Below the pieces are notes generated by a model that had not been told where the DNA came from, did not search any database, and was given only the letters and a program-made list of their open reading frames with translations. 18,519 nt of DNA from SAR202 cluster bacterium (lineage in GTDB: Bacteria > Chloroflexota > Dehalococcoidia > Lucifugimonadales > UBA1123). This document shows positions 1 through 9,600 of this stretch, piece by piece. How positions within the stretch are numbered: position 1 is the stretch's first letter; each line of letters starts with the position of its first letter. Position numbers and translations under genes: made by a program. The stretch covers positions 1 to 18,519 of the forward strand of contig JASLRP010000520.1 in NCBI GenBank assembly GCA_030743915.1, read 5' to 3'.

Positions 1-587
1 ACCCTCTGCTGGGCGGCCCTGAGGACCGTCGAGCGCGTCACTTCGCCGAGTCCATAAGCGTGATGAAGGCGTTGTGGACGCAGGAGGAGGCATCGTTCCA
101 GGGCCAGTTCTGGCAATTCGAAGGGCTGTCCATGACTCCCAGGCCGGTGCAAAAACCGCATCCACCGCTGTGGTTCGGCGGACGCCATCCGGCAGGACTG
201 CGGCGCGCCGCCCGCCTGAGCGATGGATGGATGGGCGGAGGTTCCACCACCACGGCTCAGTTCTTGACGCACGTACAGATACTGAAGGATGCCCTGCAGT
301 CCAGAGGCCGCGACGCCGAGACCTTCCCCATATCCAAGCGGGTTTACCTGGCGATTGACAACGACGCGGACCGCGCCGAGCGCAGGCTCCGAGAGTGGTT
401 CGGCGCATGGTATGGCAATGCCGAGTTGGGGTCTCAGACGTCGGTGTGGGGCAGCGTTCAGCAGGTGGTAGACGGCCTCATGGAGATCGTCGAAGGTGGC
501 GCAGGCATGTTGATGCTCAACCCGGTGTTTGACTACATGGAGCAACTTGAACAGCTAACCGACGAGGTTATTCCGAAGCTGGGGTAG
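1..587 (+). CDS. Luciferase-like monooxygenase (LLM class, F420/flavin-dependent oxidoreductase), C-terminal ~195 codons; 5' end lies outside the window (reading frame phase 3; stop TAG 585-587)
   Basis: The frame stays open back to position 3 with no upstream stop, so the track's GTG start at 60 is internal. The C-terminal sequence shows the LLM-family pattern '...SISVMKALWTQEEASFQGQFWQFEG...PRPVQKPHPPLWFGG'. Confidence 0.7.
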   Translation, partial: PLLGGPEDRRARHFAESISVMKALWTQEEASFQGQFWQFEGLSMTPRPVQKPHPPLWFGGRHPAGLRRAARLSDGWMGGGSTTTAQFLTHVQILKDALQSRGRDAETFPISKRVYLAIDNDADRAERRLREWFGAWYGNAELGSQTSVWGSVQQVVDGLMEIVEGGAGMLMLNPVFDYMEQLEQLTDEVIPKLG

Positions 588-598
588 GTGAACAGAAG

Positions 599-639
599 CC
601 GCCATTCTGAGTCTGCGGACGAAGAATCTCGCCGTCAGT
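599..639. repeat. Copy 1 of a 41-bp imperfect direct repeat (CCGCCATTCTGAGTCTGCGGACGAAGAATCTCGCCGTCAGT), 11 nt after the LLM stop codon
   Basis: Aligns to 10927-10967 with 36/41 identities in the same orientation. Both copies lie immediately 3' of a + strand gene. Confidence 0.75.
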
Positions 640-753
640 AACACAACGGTTGATCTGCAACAACCAGATGCTTCACCGCCGCTCAGCAAGGCGACATATC
701 CCCGACTGCAAATACGCCCCTCCTGACACCCGAAAACCTGATACCTATTTACC

Positions 754-2457
754 TCAGAAAGCGTCCGGCTCCGACGCGATTCGTTCCATGTCTGCGGGAG
801 TGTACGACCCCAGCGAACGGAAATTCAACTCCGTGTAGTTCTTCGTCCACCGCATGGCGATCTTATATGCGCTCTCGTACCGGGCGACCTGAGCCTTCAG
901 CTCGGCCTGTGAAGCCTCGTCGGAGGGCGCAGCTTCATTGCGTCGGCTGATGATGTCCGCCAACTCTTCCTGGAGAAGTTGCTTTATCAGCGCGAAATCG
1001 TGAACCTGACCGGTATTGGCGTCCTTGGCCCCGTGCAGAATGCGCTGAGCAGTCTGAGCCACGGAGATTCTGCCCGTCGCCAGGTCTTCCATGAGAGCCG
1101 GGTGTATTCCGGGTTGGCCCTCCAGACTGTCGATTCCCTTGGCGCCGCGACCCATCAGCCAGCCCTCGGCATATTCAATGAGCATCCGCGCGTTGCGACG
1201 GGAGCCTTCGACGGTGATCGGCCCTTCTGGAGGCGTAATCTCCACAGGGTAATTCTCTGGAATGCGCATCTCATCGGTGGGCTTCCAGCCAGAAGCGGCG
1301 ACTTCCTTGAAGGGGTCTGCGGCGGTCTTCATGTGGAAAATGTGGGCCACCCAGCCTCGCAGGAACCCCTGCTGGGCCTCCCACTCCTTGTCCTGACGGA
1401 TGGACTGTCCGGCGGCCTCGTTCACCTCATCTTCTCGGCTAGGCAGGGCGGTGGCCATGCCTCCGATAGGGGCGGCTCCGTGCTGGAGACACACCGCCAC
1501 CAGACGCCGAAATATGTTGGTCATGAACTCTGTTGTCTTGATGTCAACGCCAAATCGGTCTGGCCAGACCTGAGCAGGGTCGGCCATCACGTACTCCAGA
1601 ATAGAGGCTTTCAGGTCCCAACGAGCGGCGTTCAGTCCACCGGCGTATGGGCCAAGCTCCCACAGAATTTCGTGCATGATGTACACGACGGGGAGGGACT
1701 CGACCAGCACCACGGCTTTGATAACGGCGTCCTCGGCATAGCCGAGACGCTCCACGCTGAAATCGAACAAGTCTCTATAGAAGCGAGCCTCTTCTATAAC
1801 TTCGATCTTCGGCAGGTAGAAATAGACGCCCTGGCCTCGTTTGGCCTGCTCGCGTCCGGCGTAGGCCAGCGTGAGCGCGGTCCCCAGAATTGCCGCTGGA
1901 ATCGGCTCTCCATCGATGGTGAAGTCCGGCTCGTCCAGGTGGGTCCCCCGCTCGCGGTGCATGAAGAACGGCAGGTCGCCATCGGCAATCTCGTAGGTCC
2001 GGTTTCGGACCGGATTATGGAAGCTCAGAGTTCGGGTCACGGCATTTCGGCGGTTCAACGCCGCCTGCACCGTGTCGCCAAGACTATGGCCTGCCGAGTC
2101 CTCGTCATCATCCAGATAACCTTCGGCGCGTTCGCCCTCGGCCCCTGGATTCAGGGCGTTGATCGCCATATTGGTGATGGATACCGGCCCGGAGATTTCG
2201 ATACCCGGCCTCAGCAAGTCATCGGGCAGGGATGGCACCTGCCAGTCGCCGGAGTTGATATCGGACTCCGGGGGGAAGGTCGGCGATTCATTCTGTTGAA
2301 GGGCTCGCTGGAGCAGAGCGTCTTTCTTGAAACGGATATCGGCGATGGCAGGCGCGAACTTATCGTAGGCTGCGACTATGTACTCCAAGAAATCAGGAGT
2401 GAAAAGCTCTTCCGCTCCAGGCACATTCGAAAAACTAACTCTATCTGCTTCAGACAT
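754..2457 (-). CDS. aceB: Malate synthase (class A-like, glyoxylate cycle), 567 aa
   Basis: Contains the diagnostic 'GVYFYLPKIEVIEEARFYRDLF' motif (YFYLPK(L/I)E...EAR..N..F of malate synthase A) and 'GGLNAARWDLKASI' (cf. the RWDYIFS region). ATG at 2455-2457 is preceded by AAGGGGA. The overlapping 535-aa + ORF (979-2586) is antisense and compositional. Confidence 0.8.
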   Translation of the reverse strand: MSEADRVSFSNVPGAEELFTPDFLEYIVAAYDKFAPAIADIRFKKDALLQRALQQNESPTFPPESDINSGDWQVPSLPDDLLRPGIEISGPVSITNMAINALNPGAEGERAEGYLDDDEDSAGHSLGDTVQAALNRRNAVTRTLSFHNPVRNRTYEIADGDLPFFMHRERGTHLDEPDFTIDGEPIPAAILGTALTLAYAGREQAKRGQGVYFYLPKIEVIEEARFYRDLFDFSVERLGYAEDAVIKAVVLVESLPVVYIMHEILWELGPYAGGLNAARWDLKASILEYVMADPAQVWPDRFGVDIKTTEFMTNIFRRLVAVCLQHGAAPIGGMATALPSREDEVNEAAGQSIRQDKEWEAQQGFLRGWVAHIFHMKTAADPFKEVAASGWKPTDEMRIPENYPVEITPPEGPITVEGSRRNARMLIEYAEGWLMGRGAKGIDSLEGQPGIHPALMEDLATGRISVAQTAQRILHGAKDANTGQVHDFALIKQLLQEELADIISRRNEAAPSDEASQAELKAQVARYESAYKIAMRWTKNYTELNFRSLGSYTPADMERIASEPDAF

Positions 2458-2500
2458 GAAATTCCCCTTCGCGTAACACCTTCAAAAAATTCCCCTCGGA

Positions 2501-2530
2501 ATATTAAGGGCGTTGAAAGTCTGCTGTCAA
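2501..2530 (-). promoter_or_regulatory. Candidate sigma-70 promoter for malate synthase (minus strand TTGACA-N18-TAATAT)
   Basis: On the minus strand, TTGACA (plus-strand 2525-2530), an 18-nt spacer and TAATAT (2501-2506). Predicted TSS is ~35 nt upstream of the ATG. Confidence 0.4.
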
Positions 2531-2926
2531 TGATTTCCGAATCGCCTACGAATCTTGAATCTTACTCTTGGAGCGCGAACGTTTAACTTTAGCTGTCGCG
2601 CATGCTCGCAGCTCATCTGCCTATATGTGCCGACATGCTAATTCTCGTCAAAATGGACCGCACATGGGACTGTTTTATGCCCGTATTCATCCCGATTCAA
2701 AATTCTTCACGTATCTCTCATGGACATTGTCACGACATTTTCATGCCATTACCGCTGATGGCCGATAACCTGAGGCGAATGGCAATGTAGCTGTCAGACA
2801 TAATCTGTAGCGTTATGAGGGGATGGGCACACAAAACTGCCCAACCCTCTTTCTTCACGTTATTTTTCTATAATACGTCGTCTGTCAGCGTTATTCTGAT
2901 GTTTATTGTTACGTAACTTTTAATAA

Positions 2927-2955
2927 TTGACAGTTTTCGTAATTGAGTGTAAATT
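2927..2955 (+). promoter_or_regulatory. Candidate sigma-70 promoter (TTGACA-N17-TAAATT) facing the giant gene; implies a ~620-nt leader
   Basis: Perfect -35 TTGACA at 2927-2932, a 17-nt spacer and TAAATT at 2950-2955, all inside an AT-rich patch (2860-2960). Confidence 0.4.
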
Positions 2956-3578
2956 GCGACGCAAGCCTTTGCGGGCTGGCGCCCAAAGCTATGGGTGTTG
3001 TCTCGCAGAAGTCTGGCAAAGTTAGCACACAATTTTGGTACGCATGTCTGAGCCTTTGTTGTTCGGCAGATTCTAAATAGCACAGGAGTTTTTGCCAGCA
3101 TTGCGGCGACCTTTCGTGGGCTGTGGCGGCATTGTGGTGTGCCGCCCGATCAGAACCGCCCGTTCGGTCCACCGCTTCGAACTTTGGAAAAGCGCTTAGT
3201 CTTACAACCTGATTAATACAGGCACGCCATAAAATCCGTTGAAATCTTGGCGCATTCAAGATATCTGCGTCAAGTTGGTCTGGATGAGGAACCAGCTTCA
3301 GATTTATGTCAGCCCGCCGAAATCAAGACTCCAATATACAACACGATAGTCGAATGACCTCGGCACGATCAGCAATTCTGCCTGGGAATGACCGGCGGTT
3401 ATTCACGTCGAGTCGTTTTGATGTTGTTGAAAATACGGCCAAATCGATGATCAACATTACAAATATCCGCGCAACGAAAAAACCGACGCAGCATCCGACA
3501 GCAAGGAGTCGGTAACGCTCAACGATCAGGAAACACATTCAGAACTCAATCTAGCCCCTGAAACGGAGGAGTTGTTGT

Positions 3579-3695
3579 ATGTCATTGAAGACAATATCAG
3601 CCTTTAGACACTGGAAGATCATCGGCGTTTTACTTTTGTTATTGACGATTGGAGTGTTTGGCGTGGAGTCCTCGGGCGTGCCTGTTGCGCATGCA
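3579..3695 (+). other. Predicted Sec signal peptide of the giant protein (aa 1-39)
   Basis: A basic n-region (K, R, H, K), then a run of Leu/Ile/Val, then AHA followed by DD. Confidence 0.6.
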
Positions 3696-6600
3696 GACGA
3701 TCCGACTCCAAATGATATTCCTCACGATCCTCCGCCCATGGCGAGCGCCATTATTGACAATGGCACCGTTCACATTGGCGTTTTAGATCAAGGTCATCTG
3801 GGAGTCGGAGTGCCTTATAGCAGCGACCCTGCCAGTATAGGCGCAGTGGGCCTTCGCTACGTCCCCATACCCGCTTCTGCGTCGACCGAACCGGGCTGTA
3901 TCTGTGAAGGATGGGGCGTTGCAGACGCTGGCACAGGCCAGAACGCTCACGCCGACGTCGCTGTCGGCGGAGTCTCCGGAATGACCGTCGACTCGTTTAC
4001 TTCCTCAGGTGTGTCACCATCCGGGGCGGTTGGCTCCGTCGGCACCCAGGCAGAATCGGTGGTGACAGCCTTTGGTCGGTTGAGGGTGACTCATGATTTC
4101 CATCCAACGCCTCTGACACCCAACCTCTATGAGGTGGATGTCACCATCGAGAATATCTCCACAACTGACGTCACAGACCTACGTTACACGCGCACTATGG
4201 ACTGGGACATCTATCCAACATACTTTGACGAGTACGTGACCATTCAGGGTGTCGGCAGCGCAGCCAACCTGCTCTATGCCGACGACAACGGGTTCCAGGA
4301 CCCGAACCCGCTGCTGACACGATCAGCCAGCAACGTCGGCAACATGGTTGACAACGGGCCAGACGACCACGGCGCTCATTTCGACTTTGGATTCGGCCCG
4401 CTTCCCGCTGGTGGAACACAGACGTTCAGAATCTACTACGGCGCTGCTCCAACTGAAGCTGGCGCGAATGCCGCGCTGACAGCCGTCGGCGCCGAGGCAT
4501 ACTCTTTTGGTCAGTCCAATGGGGGCCAAGTCACCGGTTCTCCAGTAACTTTCATCTTCGCATTCTCTGGCGTTGGCGGTTCGGTGTTGATCCCGCCCGA
4601 TCTGTTGCTGGAGCCCACTGCGGACACCAACAATGTCGGCGAGACTCACACGCTAACCGCCACTTTGACCGACGACTCCGGCAACCCCGTTTCCGGCGTC
4701 ACAGTGACCTTCGAGGTCGTCGGCGGCCCCAACACCGGAACGCTTGGAACAGCGGTCACTAACTCCAGTGGTGTAGCGACCATTAGTTACTCGTCCACCG
4801 TGACAGGGACCGACGCCATCGTTGCCAGCTTCGTGGATGGAGATAGCAATACTCAGAACTCCAACGGAGTCACCAAGGAATGGGTAACCCCGCCCAACGT
4901 GGCACCAACCGTATCCACCCCCAACTCCAGCGTCACGGTTGACGAAGGCGACACTGCCAACAATAACGGCAGTTTCTCCGATCCCGACGCCGGCGACAGC
5001 GTGACCATCTCCGCCTCTGTGGGCACAGTCACGCAATCAGGCTCTCAATCCGGCACGTGGAGCTGGTCTTTCAACTCCACAGACGGACCCGCTGAAAGCC
5101 AGACGGTGACCATCACAGCCACTGACGGCTCCAGCGCCATAGGGACAACAACATTCGGCCTGACGGTCAACAACGTGGCGCCCAACATCGATAAGGGCGT
5201 GGTCGATCTCAATACATGGACAGCCGAGAACATAAGCTCAGGCTCCGGCGTTTGGACCGTCGACGGCAGCGGCAATAGCGTGTTCCAGAGCGTCAACGGC
5301 AACCCGACGTTCTTCTACAGTGACTTCAGCTCTCTGGGCAGCCCGCTTCAAGGGACCATCAGAGTTGAGACCACAAGCGACGATGACTTTATCGGTTTCG
5401 CCATCGGGTTCAACCCCGGCGACACTGCCAACCCCAGCGCCGACTACCTGCTGGTTGACTGGAAACAGTATAATCAGCCAGACGCATGGGGCTATGGCGC
5501 TCAAGGCCTTGCCGTATCCAGAGTGAATGGAGTCGGAAGTAACCCAGATTTCTGGTCGCACAGTGGCGCGCTGACCGAGCTTGCCAGGGGCATCACCCTA
5601 GGGAACACCGGTTGGGGCGATTACCAGATCAACGAATTCCAGTTCGACTTCACGCCGACGAGACTTCGCGTTTTCGTCAACGGAACACTGGAACTGGACG
5701 TCACGCCTACCGGCCCGAACTTCAGCGACGGCAGGTTCGCATTCTTCAACTTCTCTCAGAGCAGCGTGCGCTACAGCGCGATACAGTCCGACTCAATTGC
5801 AGGAGTCGAAGCATCGCCTGTTTCGTTCAGCAAGAACTTTACAGACCCGGGTATTCCAGACACCCACACCGCCACCATTAATTGGGGCGACTCAGGCACA
5901 GGCGGAGAAACAGTGACTTCGCCGTCCGGCAGCACTCCGGGCACCGTCTCCGGGACCCATACCTACGCCGACAACGGCACATATACGGTCACAGTCACCG
6001 TCTGCGACAGCGACCTAGATTGCGACAGCGACACGTTCACTGCCACGATTGCCAACGTCGATCCCACAGTGGATGCTAATGGCCCTTACTCGGTTAACGA
6101 GGGATCCTCGGTGACACTTAACGCGACAGGTTTCGACGTGGCCGGCGCTGCCGACCCGCTGACCTACGCGTGGGACCTGGACAACAACGGGTCTTTCGAG
6201 ACTCCGGGCCAGAGCGCACCTTTCAATGGCATCGACGGCCCGTCCACCCACACGGTCAACGTGCAGGTCAATGACGGCGATGGTGGGACTGCAGTTGACT
6301 CCGCCACGGTCACCGTCAACAACCTGGACCCGGTCGTCACCGCGACTGGCGACACCATCAACGAGGGTGATACTGCGACGGTTAGCGGGACCATCTCCGA
6401 CCCCGGAACGCCTGACTCCTTCACGGTTGTCATCGACTGGGGCGGGAGTGAAGGTTCCGATACTCTGAGTCTTCCGGCCGGTTCGACTTCGTACTCGGCG
6501 ACTCACGTCTACGACGACGACGATCCCACCGCCACTCTGTCGGACAACTACGGAATCTCCGTGACGGTAACTGACGACGACGGCGGCATTGGCTCCGCCT

Positions 6601-9600
6601 CTGCGACCGTCACAGTCAACAACGTGGACCCGGTCATCGAATCGGGCGTGGTCGATCTCAACTCCTGGACCGTCGAAAACTCCAGCCCTGGTGCAGGAGT
6701 CTGGACCGTCGATGGCAGCGGCAACAGCGTATTCCAGAGTGTCAACGGCAACCCGACATTCTTCTACAGCGACTTCAATGCCCTGGGAAGCCCCCTTGAG
6801 GGCGCTATCGCGGTTGAGACTGGCAGCGATGACGACTACATAGGCTTCGCCATAGGCTTCGAGCCAGGCGACACTTCAAACCCCAGCGCTGACTTCCTGC
6901 TTGTGGACTGGAAACAGGGCGACCAGAGCGGCGCTCTGGCCGGTCTTGCGGTTTCGCGGGTTACCGGTGTGCCCACCGGCAGTGATTACTGGACACACTC
7001 AGGGGCCATCACCGAGCTTGCCAGGGGCATCACCCTGGGAAGCACTGGATGGGCCAATTATGCGTCCAACCAGTTCCTGTTCGAATTCTCACCCACGCGC
7101 CTTCGGGTATTCGTCAACGGCACTCTCGAACTGGACGTCACGCCTACCGGCCCGAACTTCAGCGATGGAAGGTTCGCCTTCTACAACTATTCGCAGTATT
7201 ACGTCCGCTACAGTGCCATACAATCCGACTCCATAAGCGGAAACGAAGCATCGCCTGTTTCCTTCACCAAGAACTTCACTGACGTCGGCATTCCCGACAC
7301 ACACACCGCCACCATTCTTTGGGGCGACACCAGTTCCAGCGCTGGCACAATCACTGAGCCCTCAGGCAGCACGCCTGGGACAGTCTCTGGGACCCATACC
7401 TACGCCGACAACGGCACGTACACCGTCACAGTCACAGTGTGTGATGACGACGGAGGTTGTGACAGCGACACGTTCACTGCCACGATTGCCAACGTCGATC
7501 CCACAGTGGATGCTAATGGCCCTTACTCGGTTAACGAGGGATCCTCGGTGACACTTAACGCGACAGGTTTCGACGTGGCCGGCCCCGCCGACCCGCTGAC
7601 CTACGCGTGGGACCTGGACAACAACGGTTCCTTCGAGACGCCAGGACAAAGCGTGCCATTCAACGGCATCGATGGCCCATCCACCCACACGGTGAATGTG
7701 CAGGTCAATGACGGCGACGGCGGCATCGCAGTGGACACCACCACGGTCACCGTCAACAATGTGGATCCGACGATTGTCACCACTTTCCAGGTGGCGCCGA
7801 TCCCTGAAGCGTCAGTATCAACCTCCGGTAACCTGGTAGCGCAGGCCACCGATCCTGCCGGCTCCAACGACCCACTCGCATTCGACTTCGACTGTGACAA
7901 CAACGGCTCGTACGAGACCCCGTCCAACCCCAGCACATCCGCTGCCGACTGCTACTTCGACGACAACGGTAGCTACACTGTGGGCGTCAGAGTGACTGAC
8001 GGAGACGGCGGACAGGCCATCGGGTCGGTCATCGCGGTCGTCACTAACGTTTCGCCGACCGCGTTCATACCCAACGTCGGCCCGGTGGACGAAGGCTCGC
8101 CTGCAGTGATCACCTTCGAAGCCGAGTTCGACCCGTCGGTCGCTGACACCACAGCCGGGTTCCACTACTCCGTTGCCTGCGACGGTCTGGCGAGTTCGCT
8201 GGCCGGGTCGTATGCGGCAGCAGGAACATCGGACAGCGTGAACTGCGTCTACGGCGACAACGGCACATACACCGTCATGGGGCGCATCTTCGACAAAGAC
8301 GATGGCTCCAACGACTACAGCGCCACTGTCACCGTCGTCAACGTGGACCCGGTCGTCACCGCGACTGGCGACACCATTGACGAGGCAGGCACGGCAACAG
8401 TCAGCGGGACGATCACGGACCCTGGATTCCTGGACACCTTCACGGTGGTCATTGACTGGGGTCCCGGCGAAGGCTCGACGACTCTGAGCCTTGGAGCGGG
8501 CGCGACGACCTACTCGGCATCCCATCAGTACATTGATGACGACCCGACCGCCACCCTGTCGGACGACTACGGAATCTCCGTGACCGTCACCGACGACGAT
8601 GGCGGCGTGGGCACAGCTTCGACAGTAGTCACCGTCAACAACGTGGACCCCGAGCTAACACTCGACCTGACAGGCTCACTGCCGTTCGTCGGTGGAGACG
8701 CCTTCATCGGTCGCAAGGGCGTCGAGCAAACTCACTTTGCAGACGCCACAGACGTTGGCGCCGACGATCTGACCTTCGATTGGACCTTCGCTCCGGATCC
8801 GACATTAGACCCGGAAACCTACCTCAATGGTGGATCAATCCCGATGTCGGCCTCGGATTCGGCTTCAGTGACTTTCGCAGCGCCGGGCATCTACACCGTC
8901 GAAGTGGACGTGACTGACGATGACGGCGGTTCCGCCGACGCTCTCAGTCAGACCAAGATCGTCACCGACGACTGCGACTGCGCCAAGTCCAAGGGCTTCT
9001 GGAAGCATCAGTTCAAGGCTTCGACCACTGGCAAGGGCAAACAGCACATCGACGACGCATCTCTGGAAATCTACCTGGACATCGTCGAATACGTCTCCAG
9101 TGTCTTCAGTGAGGATGTCGCTCTCGCTGGCATCATCGAAGCGCACAACGTCTTCGATCCACCCAAGTCCAACAACGGCGGAGGAACAGGCACCGGCTCC
9201 GGCAGCGGATCTGGCTCTGGCTCCAATGAAGCCACCAACCCGTCGACTACCGGATCCAAGAAAAAGAAGAAGGGCGGAGACTCCGGTTCCGGCTCTGACT
9301 CGGACACAGGATCAGGCTCTGACAAGAAGCTGGAAAAGAAGAAGCAGGACGCTCTCCAGCAGACTCTGGCCGCATGGCTCAACTTCGCCAAGGGCGGCAT
9401 CGACTGGGACGAGGACATCACCATAGACGGCGGAACGGGAACAGGATCCAACAGTGGCTCGGGCACAGGCTCCAAGCCTGCCACGCCTCCTGTGGTCATG
9501 GACTTCAGCGATCTGATCGCTGAGGTTGAGGCCATCCTGAACAACCCGCTATCCACCGCTGACGACTTCGAGCATGCAAAGGACCTGGCTGAGTCCGTCA

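Noticed and set aside
979-2586. 535-aa + strand ORF overlapping malate synthase
   Set aside because: It runs entirely antisense to a gene with diagnostic malate-synthase motifs. Its translation is Gly/Arg/His-rich with no recognisable motif. This is a typical high-GC antisense open frame.
2602-3515. Small ORFs in the 1.1-kb gap (62-116 aa; e.g. 2909-3259 -, 3306-3515 +)
   Set aside because: They have no RBS, odd Cys/Gln/Arg-rich composition and no motif. The region is more plausibly regulatory or non-coding, although a decayed pseudogene cannot be excluded without BLASTX.
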